Below, one piece after another: positions 18,507 through 27,449 of a stretch of DNA of 34,830 nucleotides. The translations under genes were made by a program, and so were the position numbers. The notes under the pieces are model-generated. The model did no database searches. It saw only the letters and a program-made list of their open reading frames with translations, and was not told the DNA's origin. The stretch spans positions 1-34,830 of the forward strand of contig CAXGAI010000048.1 in NCBI GenBank assembly GCA_964007735.1, written 5' to 3'. Source of the DNA: an uncultured Rhodopirellula sp. Its GTDB lineage: Bacteria; Planctomycetota; Planctomycetia; Pirellulales; Pirellulaceae. The first letter of the stretch is position 1. Every line of letters starts with the position of its first letter.

Positions 18507-18876
18507 CCGAAAGGAAAAAACCATACATCGATTAAAAGTTTTCTTCGGGACATGCAATATCTCGGTCAGTTTAAGTTCGCGGTGTAAAAAAAGAACGTCA
18601 CTATTTCCTTAGGACAACTAATCATGCAACGCGTCCTGCATTGGCTTGGTCACAGATTAAAGGGTGCGATCTATAAGTTTCGCTAGGTTAGGTTCTCCCA
18701 CAGAAGCCTCTGGTGCAGTACTGGGGTGCCCATTATTCAGGCGTTTGAGGGATCAAATTGTAGAAAACGGGTACTTTAGACAATTGATTTCGAGACACTG
18801 CGAGAGAATAATGCACTTATACGCTGGGGCAAACAGATAGCGTATCTTCTCTGTCTTAAACATATAGGGCCTATAA

Positions 18877-21800
18877 GTGCGTAAGTTTGCAGCTAAATAT
18901 CTCTCGAATTTCCTGCGGCCAAACAAAGACAGCATCAGGCGGCTAAAACGGAATCCAAGACAACCGTTCTGTAAACTTGATGTTGAATCACTCGAACATC
19001 GGCGCGTCCTTACAACGTTCGGTTTTACACCTCAATTCGGTGTGGAAGTAACATCCGACATCGTCTACCGCAACGACGCCAAGGTCGGTCACGGTAGCCC
19101 TGAAGGTGTCACGAATAAAGAACTAAAGCTAGACCTCTACAAACCGACGGGTAATGACCTCCCTACTCGACTTCCAGGCGCTGTGATTATCCATGGTGGT
19201 GGATTTGTAGGCGGGGATAAAGCTCAGGAAAACATTGCCGCTCTAAGTGATGACTTTGCGAGTCGGGGATATGTCACGGCCTCCATCAATTATCGCTTGT
19301 ACGGTGATAACCCGCCACCAGCCAAAGAGACCCAATTTTCCGGTGTTGACGATCGGTACGATACCTTCGTCGCAGGGGTCGAAGACGCATTTCATGCCAT
19401 TAAGTGGATGAAAGATAATGCTGGATCAATGGGGATTGACCCGGATCGAATCGTCTTAGGCGGGCACTCAGCCGGTGGTTTTTTGTCTTTGGCCACCGGT
19501 ATGTATGACACTGCCGACGTCAACACTTTTTCCTACATGGATCTTGATGTAAGCACGCTTGAGGTTGCGGCTATCCTTGACGGAGCTGGAAGTCTGAAGG
19601 GTACTGAATACACGATAGATCCGAATGACCCACCCACTTTCGTGCTGCACTCAGAAGACGACGCCACTGTCACCTACGACAATGCATTAGCAGTCGTCAG
19701 TGAGTTGGTCAGCGATGATATCGCCCATGAATTTCCACGGATTACGACTGCTGGGCATTCGCTAGACTCGAAGCTGGACACGGTGATTGATGGTGTCCTG
19801 GTATCTGACCAAATGTTTGCGTTTTTTCAGGGGCAGCTAAATCTTGCCGACCTAGAAACCCTCACGTGGTCTATTGCTTCCTCAGCTAATTACATTGGCG
19901 AGGCAGATCAGGATCAAACAGTTACCGTGTCTCTCGACGGTATCCTCGCGGAAAACAATAACGCGACGGTACGGATCGATGCGACGGATATTACTACGAT
20001 AGACAACGATTACTTCAGTCCCCAGCAAGCAATCGTAAATGCAGTCGCTGCTTATAACGGTCCTGGCGGCCTCGCATATTCAACAGATACAGGTACCCTT
20101 ACCTATACGGGTGGTGAGGGTGGTACGTCAATGGCTGACCTTATCATTGCGGCTCAGCCTGTGAATGACTCCTTGTTCGAATACACCGAATCACTATCCA
20201 TTACTCTGGTTAATCCCAGTAGTGATACCGGGAAGACCGTCAAAATCTCTGATGCCGGAAGTGCTGTCGTCCTTAACATCTTAGATGATGATGGAACAGC
20301 CCTGGATGGTTATATCGCATCACCGGATTCGACGTATGAATATTCGCTGGAAACGACGATGACTGGGCAGGGATTCAAAACCTATGTTGTAGATATGACT
20401 TCGCAGACATGGCGCTCTTCGGAAGAAGTGGATAAACCAATTTGGAAGCATTGGGTTGAAATCATTGTGCCCGACGGCGCTATCTCAGATACGGCAATCC
20501 TTCATATTGATGGCGGCTTTTCATCGAATCTACCAGGTTCAACCAATCCGAGTGCCTTGCAGTTAGCACTTTCCACTAACCAAATCACAGTCTCCGTTCC
20601 CACTGTCCCGAATCAACCGCTTCTATTTGCGGGTGAAAATAATGCCAGACAGGAAGATGCGATCATCGCTTATTCCTTCGACAAATATCTTGACGGTGGT
20701 GATGACCAGTGGCCGGTACTATTACCCATGGTCAAAAGTGCTGTGCGTGCTATGGATACGGCTCAGGAGTTCCTGCAATCCAATGAAAATCATGCCATTT
20801 CGGACTTTTATGTCACCGGTGGGTCTAAGCGCGGCTGGACTACATGGCTGACGGCAGCGTCCGACCCTCGTGTTTCCGGGATTGCACCGGTGGTCTTCGA
20901 TTATCTGAACGCCAACGCCAGCGTCCAATTTCATGAACATGTTTATGCGGACGTTGAGGATGGAGTCTTCGGTGGATACGCCGAGGCTGTTTTTGACTAT
21001 TACCAGATGGGTGTGTTTGAGAGGATGGGAACACCAAGATCAGACTTGTTAGTTGAAATGGTTGATCCATACTCCTACCGTGATCGCCTTACAATGCCCA
21101 AGTTCGCGATTAACTCGGCGGGTGATCAGTTTATGCCCATGGCATCGCGATACTATATTCAGGATATGTCAGGCCCGACGTATGTAAGGTATATGCCTAA
21201 TACAGGACACAGCACTGCGAACCAGGGCGTAACAGAATTCTTTTCCGTGTTGGAAGCGGATGCTGAACTGCCGCAATTTTCCTGGCAGCTTGAGGGGGTT
21301 CAGGAAAACATCATACGGCTTAATGTAACTGACAAACCTATATCCATTAAAAAGTGGCAGGCAACAAATACGGATAACTTAGATTTTCGCATCGACTATT
21401 TTGGTCCGAACTGGACCAGTACTCAAATCGCAGAGCAACCCTCCGGCGAGTATATTGAGTCTGTAGCGGTGCCAGAAACTGGTGGAACCGCCTTCTTCCT
21501 TGAGATGGTATATGAGATTGGTGGCGAAACGTTAGTGTTTACGACAGACGCGACCATCGTTGAGGCGCAGACACGTAATCTCACGCTGGAAATTTCAAAG
21601 TCGTCGTTTAGTGAGAGCGCAGGGGCTTCGGCAGCCACTGCAACGGTAACACGAGATTCCGACATCAGCCAGCCCTTAGTTGTTTACCTGACTTCCGACG
21701 ACACGTCGGAATTAGTTGTGCCCTCTTCCGTTACCATAGCGGCAGGCGCTACGATGTCTCCACCATTCAATGTCGGCGCAGTTGACGATGAAATTGAAGA

Positions 21801-22629
21801 TGGGAATCAGAGCGTAACAATCACCGCACAGGCAAATTTGTTTCAAGACACGTCGTCCACTGTTTCGGTTCGTGATGATGACGCTGAAGAAACGAATGAT
21901 TGGCATAATGAAAATCTACCCGAAGATGTCAACAATGACGGTATCGTCTCGCCGCTCGATGCCTTACACGTTATTAACGAATTGAATCAAAATGGTAGTT
22001 ATGAGTTGCCAGAAAGTAAGCCGGACGGAGAAACTCAGGTTGATGTAAACGGTGATGGGTGGTTGAGTCCGGCCGACGCCATTCAGGTTATCAACACACT
22101 TAACGCGGAAGATGATTCCCTCTCCTTTGAACTGTTTTTGACGGACCTTAATGGTGAATCAATCAATAACGTCGAACTGAACGAGGTGTTCTTTATCAAT
22201 TTGGCAGCGGAGGACCTCACGGCGGAAGCAGTGGGTGTCTTCGCAGCATACGTCGATTTGTATCTGCCGCATACCCATTTGGAGTTCGCCGGAGATGCGA
22301 TTTTCGAAAGTCCATTTTCAAATGGTAAGTCCGGCACAGCCACCGATCACGGCGTGTTGGACGAATGGGGGGCATTTGCGGGCTTGGAAAGGACGGGATC
22401 AGGCATGCTAGTGATTTCACGCGTACCGATGAGAGCTACGCGGACGGGTTCGGTTTTGGCTATTCTTGACCCGGCTGATGTGTCACCACGTCATGACGTG
22501 TTACTTTATGACCGCGACTCAGCAGTGGCGACGCAAGACATTCGGTATCAATCTCTTGAATTTCAGATCCTTGAGAATCCCGAAGGTGAATCGCTAGAAG
22601 AAGTCGATGAGGTGTTTGCGAGCTATTAA
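18877..22629 (+). CDS. Large extracellular multidomain protein: planctomycete extracellular motif + HGGG/GHSAG esterase + Calx-beta-like + PqaA-family hydrolase + Calx-beta-like + dockerin + cohesin-like domain
   Basis: N-terminal ESLEHRRVLT. Esterase motifs are LKLDLY, IHGGGF, SINYRL, GHSAGG, D.TV and AGH. PqaA motifs are MTSQTW, WKHWVEIIVP, VPNQP, EDAIIAY, LPMVKSAVRAMD, GGSKRGWTTW, VDPYSY, GDQF and PNTGH. The dockerin duplicates DVNNDGIVSPLDALHVIN / DVNGDGWLSPADAIQVIN. A C-terminal beta-sandwich contains GVFAAYVDL. Confidence 0.85.
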   Translation: MRKFAAKYLSNFLRPNKDSIRRLKRNPRQPFCKLDVESLEHRRVLTTFGFTPQFGVEVTSDIVYRNDAKVGHGSPEGVTNKELKLDLYKPTGNDLPTRLPGAVIIHGGGFVGGDKAQENIAALSDDFASRGYVTASINYRLYGDNPPPAKETQFSGVDDRYDTFVAGVEDAFHAIKWMKDNAGSMGIDPDRIVLGGHSAGGFLSLATGMYDTADVNTFSYMDLDVSTLEVAAILDGAGSLKGTEYTIDPNDPPTFVLHSEDDATVTYDNALAVVSELVSDDIAHEFPRITTAGHSLDSKLDTVIDGVLVSDQMFAFFQGQLNLADLETLTWSIASSANYIGEADQDQTVTVSLDGILAENNNATVRIDATDITTIDNDYFSPQQAIVNAVAAYNGPGGLAYSTDTGTLTYTGGEGGTSMADLIIAAQPVNDSLFEYTESLSITLVNPSSDTGKTVKISDAGSAVVLNILDDDGTALDGYIASPDSTYEYSLETTMTGQGFKTYVVDMTSQTWRSSEEVDKPIWKHWVEIIVPDGAISDTAILHIDGGFSSNLPGSTNPSALQLALSTNQITVSVPTVPNQPLLFAGENNARQEDAIIAYSFDKYLDGGDDQWPVLLPMVKSAVRAMDTAQEFLQSNENHAISDFYVTGGSKRGWTTWLTAASDPRVSGIAPVVFDYLNANASVQFHEHVYADVEDGVFGGYAEAVFDYYQMGVFERMGTPRSDLLVEMVDPYSYRDRLTMPKFAINSAGDQFMPMASRYYIQDMSGPTYVRYMPNTGHSTANQGVTEFFSVLEADAELPQFSWQLEGVQENIIRLNVTDKPISIKKWQATNTDNLDFRIDYFGPNWTSTQIAEQPSGEYIESVAVPETGGTAFFLEMVYEIGGETLVFTTDATIVEAQTRNLTLEISKSSFSESAGASAATATVTRDSDISQPLVVYLTSDDTSELVVPSSVTIAAGATMSPPFNVGAVDDEIEDGNQSVTITAQANLFQDTSSTVSVRDDDAEETNDWHNENLPEDVNNDGIVSPLDALHVINELNQNGSYELPESKPDGETQVDVNGDGWLSPADAIQVINTLNAEDDSLSFELFLTDLNGESINNVELNEVFFINLAAEDLTAEAVGVFAAYVDLYLPHTHLEFAGDAIFESPFSNGKSGTATDHGVLDEWGAFAGLERTGSGMLVISRVPMRATRTGSVLAILDPADVSPRHDVLLYDRDSAVATQDIRYQSLEFQILENPEGESLEEVDEVFASY

Positions 22630-22693
22630 TGTTTCGGCGGGATAAATCACAAGGAACGTTGGCTCCTTTATTTCGACGGGCTTTCGACAGGCT

Positions 22694-22731
22694 ATAATAA
22701 GACCATGCTGTAGTGAGCATGGTCTTGTTGT
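22694..22731 (+). terminator. Strong stem-loop between the dockerin-protein and kinase genes (terminator or 5' leader structure)
   Basis: Perfect 11-bp inverted repeat AAGACCATGCT (22699-22709) / AGCATGGTCTT (22716-22726) with a 6-nt loop, extendable to 16 bp with 2 G-U pairs and followed by a T-rich tract. It abuts or overlaps TATAAT at 22693-22698. Confidence 0.55.
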
Positions 22732-22767
22732 TGTTTCCGTATTGTTCGCAAACTGTACCGACTAGCG

Positions 22768-25700
22768 ATGCTAGATTCCCAACATTCTAATCCCGCATAT
22801 GAAAATGACCCGTTGACCATGCGCGCGGATTCGACGCTGGCCGGTGTTCATGAGCGAGAAGAAGGCTCCTGTGTAGGCGAGGCGCTGGCGGAGGGAATTT
22901 ATGAAGGTGAATTTATTCCGGGGTATGAGTTTTTAAGCGAACTCGGACGCGGCGGAATGGGGGTTGTCTACAAGGCGCGCGATCGCAGCCTGAAGAGATT
23001 GGTGGCGATTAAGATGATTCGTTCCGGAGCCGACGCCGGCAAGGCAGCAAGACTCCGTTTTCAAGCGGAAGCCGAGGCAGTCGCTCAACTTCATCACAAC
23101 CATATCGTGGATATATTTGAAGTTGGTGAACATGACAATATGCCTTATATCGTCTTTGAGCTCATCGATGGGGGGAGCTTAAAAGATCAGGTCGCGGGTA
23201 AGCCTAAGCGAGCGACCTATGGTGCTTCCCTCGTGGAATCATTGGCATCTGCAGTTCAGGTAGCGCATGAACACGATATCATCCATCGAGATCTTAAACC
23301 GTCTAATGTTTTGCTTGATGTCAATGGCGCCCCACGGATAACAGACTTTGGTCTGGCTAAGCAAAAAAACAATGATCTCGATGATACTCGCGTTGGAACT
23401 GTTTTGGGTACTCCCGCCTATATGTCACCTGAACAAGCGTCCGTTAGTTCCGATAAAATCACCCCGGCCACGGATATCTATGCACTAGGGTCGATTCTTT
23501 ACTATATCCTGACTGGGAGACCCCCCTTTCAATCAGCAAACGACATCGATACACTCTTTCACGTAGTCCATTCCCAGCCTATAAGTCCACGTAAACTGTC
23601 GCCAACGATCCCCGTTGACCTGGAGACGATCTGCCTTAAATGTCTCGAAAAGGATCCTGAACGTCGCTTTCATTCGGCATCGGAATTGGCTGACGACCTC
23701 CGACGTTTCCTTGATGGAAGGCCTGTTACTGCGAAGCCCGCTAGTAGGTTGCGTAAGGCGGGCCTGTGGGTAAGACGATCACCTTACAAAGCAATCTCTT
23801 TGACTCTTTTCACGGTTTTTCTCGGGACGCTCATTTGGTTTCAAGAGCATTTATTAACCATTGCAGAATTAGAACGTGAAAAGGAAGTCGAACGTAATGT
23901 AAAGCTTCAGACACTCACGGATAACGCAATTCAGGAAGCGGAACGAGCCGACCAACAAGCTCTGTTCGCCACGGAGAATGAAGAGGCCGCCGCCGAGGCG
24001 ACAGAGTTGGCTATTCGAAATGCGAATCGCGCGCTTGATGCAGAGTACCGAGCCATACTGCAACTCATTACAAACGATATTCAGATGCTAAACTACGAGG
24101 CAGCGAATCGTAGAATTAATGAGTTTTCGGAAAGAATTTCTCACGCAGAATATGACCCAACCGGGGCAGAATGGAGTTCACTGACGAGTATCGCCAAGAA
24201 GTTTTACCATCGGATTCCGTTAGGTAATAACGTGGCGGCACTAGGCTTTGCCTACTCGGAGCACCAACGGCTTATCGCGTGTCTTTCGAGAGATGCAGAG
24301 TCAATGTTACGTCTTCATTTGGTAGACCCATTTAAAGGTGAATTGGTCGGTCAAGCGGAATTGCTGTTGGAAAGCGTCGTTGACAACTCACCTGACGGTC
24401 CGCGGATCCACTGGATAGACAGTAACAGGATTCTGCTAGGAGCGTCGAGTGGGCTGTATGCAGTCTCTATCTATAGAGATTCAGAGTCCACTGAAGTGAA
24501 GATGGTTCAGCTAACTACGGATGTGGTACTTGATGTGGTTAAACATCCGCAAGCGGATGCATTTTTCGTTGCTCGTTACGGAGAAGGCGAGTCACCCGGC
24601 GTAGTGGTGCATCGCTGGGAAATGGAAAATAAGGTTCTTCGTGATCAGGGTATCGTATTTTCCAGCGACCATTTTGCGAATGTTTCACGGCTCGCGATCG
24701 ATAAGTCCGGGGCATATTTGGGACTATCGATCGGAGATGCCTTTCAACTCATGACTGTGGCGGGAGAATTGTTAGGTGAAGTGAGATCACACACTCGCGG
24801 TGATGGGACGATTAAATCGGTATGCTTCCTTTCGAATGGGACGTCTGAATATGATCAAGACGGTTTGGCGGTAGCCTTTGCGGGGCATCATAAGCTAGTC
24901 GAAGTGTATGAGTTTTCAATGGAGACGGCTGCCTTGAAAATAAGGCAACGATTTCGGCCTCATCTTGGGATGATTCAGAGCATTACAAATGATCCGAATT
25001 CTGGTGGAATCCTGAGCGCCGCGAATGACAAGATGATATCCTGTACCCGTCCTTTCAGCGGGGAACGTCTGTTTATCCTACAGGAGCATGAGGCTGAAAT
25101 CCTTCAGGCTTCTTCAATGAAAGATGGCGAGTTTATTGTCTCCAGTTCACTCGATGGCGTGTTGATCATTAGGAAGCGACTTGTTGCCCATCAAGAAATT
25201 CGCGGGCTAAGTTCCAAGAGCGAGGCGAATCTAACAAACCCGATATTGTTGAATGATGATAGGTATGCTCTAGCCACGCATACAAGTTTTCGTAACGGAA
25301 ATGGTGACGTGGTTCTGTTCGACTTAGATACTCGGGAAGTTATCCAGAGGCATACACTTCCCGGTACGGCAGCTATTGGCTGTTGCAATCAGAAAGGTGA
25401 TGTCGTCGTAATACCCGTACTCGACGGTAGTATAGGAATTGTCCGTTATAAGGAAGGAACCATTGATTTCCAACTGGCGGATGCAAGTCAGCTTCCAGGT
25501 GAGCCGATTAAAGCGCTGGCGGCTGTCTTTTCTCCGCTAACGCATAGCTTCTACGTATCCTTGTTGTTGGAAACGGGAACCACGGTCATTGCTCGTTTGT
25601 CGGCCTCGTCCACCACCCTAGAAGTAATTGATCACTACGTTAAGGACGATGCGCAACGACCTCCACTTTTGGGATTAAGTTCAAATGGACAATTGTTGAT

Positions 25701-26259
25701 ATCATTGTCTCGCGAAGTTGGAGTTAGCCGCCAGCACTTACGGATGGTTCGACTGGCAGGCAATATCGAAGGGAGACGGTTGGTTGGTTCCATAGATATC
25801 CCATTTGATGCTCCGACGCGTCATCTGGCCGTTTTGGATTTGCCTACGCTAGCCGGAAATAGCCAAGAAGAGGCGAGCCGCGTGTTTGTGGCTCTTGAGG
25901 GGCCGGTCGTTGAGGAATTGTTAATTCAGGCAGATGGTAATGGCAGTTTGCAGTTTCGGCGGATCGGTGAATACACCGGCCATTATATTGATGTTAGAAC
26001 CTTGTTGCTTTCTGCGGATGGTCGCCGACTATCAAGTTTTGGGTTAGACGGATGTTTTTGCACTTGGCATATCCCTGAAGTGGCTGACGAAGGTGATGTT
26101 CATATCATAGAACCCCTGATTCGCTGGCAGCTCCAACTTCAAAGGTATGGTGGTATCTATTTAAGGCGCAGGACAGGTGAGTTAGTGCTCAGCTATGACA
26201 AAGGAGTTGCAGTCATCCCGTGGGAACGGGGTTATTTGGAGTCTCAGTTTCCGAAGTGA
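22768..26259 (+). CDS. Hanks-type Ser/Thr protein kinase with hydrophobic segment, coiled coil and degenerate WD40-like beta-propeller
   Basis: Kinase motifs LGRGGMGVVYKA, VAIK, HRDLKPSN, TDFGLAK, GTPAYMSPEQ, DIYALG and DLETICLKCLEKDPERR. These are followed by hydrophobic AISLTLFTVFLGTLIWF, an Ala/Glu-rich helix and WD40-like repeats (EHEAEI...SSSLDG; GHYIDV...SFGLDG...W). Confidence 0.93.
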   Translation: MLDSQHSNPAYENDPLTMRADSTLAGVHEREEGSCVGEALAEGIYEGEFIPGYEFLSELGRGGMGVVYKARDRSLKRLVAIKMIRSGADAGKAARLRFQAEAEAVAQLHHNHIVDIFEVGEHDNMPYIVFELIDGGSLKDQVAGKPKRATYGASLVESLASAVQVAHEHDIIHRDLKPSNVLLDVNGAPRITDFGLAKQKNNDLDDTRVGTVLGTPAYMSPEQASVSSDKITPATDIYALGSILYYILTGRPPFQSANDIDTLFHVVHSQPISPRKLSPTIPVDLETICLKCLEKDPERRFHSASELADDLRRFLDGRPVTAKPASRLRKAGLWVRRSPYKAISLTLFTVFLGTLIWFQEHLLTIAELEREKEVERNVKLQTLTDNAIQEAERADQQALFATENEEAAAEATELAIRNANRALDAEYRAILQLITNDIQMLNYEAANRRINEFSERISHAEYDPTGAEWSSLTSIAKKFYHRIPLGNNVAALGFAYSEHQRLIACLSRDAESMLRLHLVDPFKGELVGQAELLLESVVDNSPDGPRIHWIDSNRILLGASSGLYAVSIYRDSESTEVKMVQLTTDVVLDVVKHPQADAFFVARYGEGESPGVVVHRWEMENKVLRDQGIVFSSDHFANVSRLAIDKSGAYLGLSIGDAFQLMTVAGELLGEVRSHTRGDGTIKSVCFLSNGTSEYDQDGLAVAFAGHHKLVEVYEFSMETAALKIRQRFRPHLGMIQSITNDPNSGGILSAANDKMISCTRPFSGERLFILQEHEAEILQASSMKDGEFIVSSSLDGVLIIRKRLVAHQEIRGLSSKSEANLTNPILLNDDRYALATHTSFRNGNGDVVLFDLDTREVIQRHTLPGTAAIGCCNQKGDVVVIPVLDGSIGIVRYKEGTIDFQLADASQLPGEPIKALAAVFSPLTHSFYVSLLLETGTTVIARLSASSTTLEVIDHYVKDDAQRPPLLGLSSNGQLLISLSREVGVSRQHLRMVRLAGNIEGRRLVGSIDIPFDAPTRHLAVLDLPTLAGNSQEEASRVFVALEGPVVEELLIQADGNGSLQFRRIGEYTGHYIDVRTLLLSADGRRLSSFGLDGCFCTWHIPEVADEGDVHIIEPLIRWQLQLQRYGGIYLRRRTGELVLSYDKGVAVIPWERGYLESQFPK

Positions 26260-26303
26260 TAACGGATGATACGATTCCAGGGAAAGATTCATCCATGTAA
26301 TGA

Positions 26304-27260
26304 TCAGGTTCCAAATACGAGGTCAATAGCGGCCGTTAAATTAAGCATCTTAAAAGATAGGCCTGTATCAGGATCTTTGAGCGTGGTACCTGTTCGCTGA
26401 AAGATAGCCATCATCGCTTCGGGTAAATTATTCCCCCAGGTTGTCCAGTTGTACTCAGCGGTTGTTATCGCTTCGCGTAAAATCATCGCGGCGCCACAAA
26501 GGATCGCATTGGATGATGATGTGGCATGTGCCGGAACAACAAGATCCACCTTGCGATGACGATCCAGAAAAACTTTATCGGTACCAGGCTTTACGGCGCC
26601 AATTGCGAAACAGTTCGGCTGGCTAGCCGGCCACGAAATCCCCGTCGTGAAATTATGGTTTCCAGTCGGGGCGCTCACCCAGATTCCAATCCTTCGGAGC
26701 CTTTTGAGTTGGTCATCAATTTCGGTCATAACGGGGGCTTTATGTGCTAAGTCATCTACTGGCGCCAGGTTCACCGTTGTGATCCGGTATTGTTTGTGAT
26801 TATCGACGACCCACTTAAGTGCTGCCGCCAGAGTTTTAGAATCGCTCAGTTCACAATGGCAACATTCCAGAGACCGGACGATTGCTAACTGGTTATTGAA
26901 AGCAACTCCACGTTTTCCACCATGATTGACGCTGGAAGGGATTCCAATAGTTGTTCCGTGGTAGCCGCGGCCTTCATGTTTCGGGTTTGAATCACCGTCC
27001 ACGCTGTCGTATGTGACTAGAATCTTTGGGTAATCCCCGTTGGCGTCATTAGACCATTCCGGCTTAGATAGATCGCAGCCATCATCCAGTAGTGCCAGAG
27101 TTTGGTTTTTACCAAAAGATAAAATATCCCGATATTTGTCCCAGGCATTAAGAATCCCCGCCTGCTTAAAAGGCACTAGCTGAGCGGGTTCCGTAGCAAG
27201 GGTAGGACTCGTATTTAAGTAAAGCAGTAAGGTCAATAATGCAGTTTGTTTGAGAAACAT
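26304..27260 (-). CDS. Secreted S8/subtilase-like serine peptidase (compact, atypical)
   Basis: Signal peptide, then triad-like motifs in subtilisin order: LALLDDG (Asp), YHGT (His), APTGN (oxyanion Asn), ISWPA..AIGAV and ATSSSNAILCGAAMIL (Ser). Confidence 0.75.
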   Translation of the reverse strand: MFLKQTALLTLLLYLNTSPTLATEPAQLVPFKQAGILNAWDKYRDILSFGKNQTLALLDDGCDLSKPEWSNDANGDYPKILVTYDSVDGDSNPKHEGRGYHGTTIGIPSSVNHGGKRGVAFNNQLAIVRSLECCHCELSDSKTLAAALKWVVDNHKQYRITTVNLAPVDDLAHKAPVMTEIDDQLKRLRRIGIWVSAPTGNHNFTTGISWPASQPNCFAIGAVKPGTDKVFLDRHRKVDLVVPAHATSSSNAILCGAAMILREAITTAEYNWTTWGNNLPEAMMAIFQRTGTTLKDPDTGLSFKMLNLTAAIDLVFGT

Positions 27261-27449
27261 GATAAATCTCGCGTTCGGTCACGTTGTTTCTAGAGTCTAA
27301 AACTAAATATATATTAGTAGGCCCCTCAGCCGATCCAAAATACTAGGTTCGCCACCGTAAGGCGTTAGGACAGAGAGCGGGAAAAATTGACTTCGTTTTT
27401 CAGATAGCATCCCATGCTTTTCGTAGTTTTATTAGCTTTAGTCAGAGCA

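Noticed and set aside
18451..18876. Largest intergenic gap (426 bp) as an sRNA, riboswitch or small gene
   Set aside because: I saw no convincing stem-loop series, riboswitch consensus or well-supported small ORF. It is consistent with a divergent promoter region.
27302..27318. AT-rich near-palindrome ACTAAATATATATTAGT
   Set aside because: It is low-complexity and imperfect, and is most simply the AT-rich promoter region of the subtilase gene.
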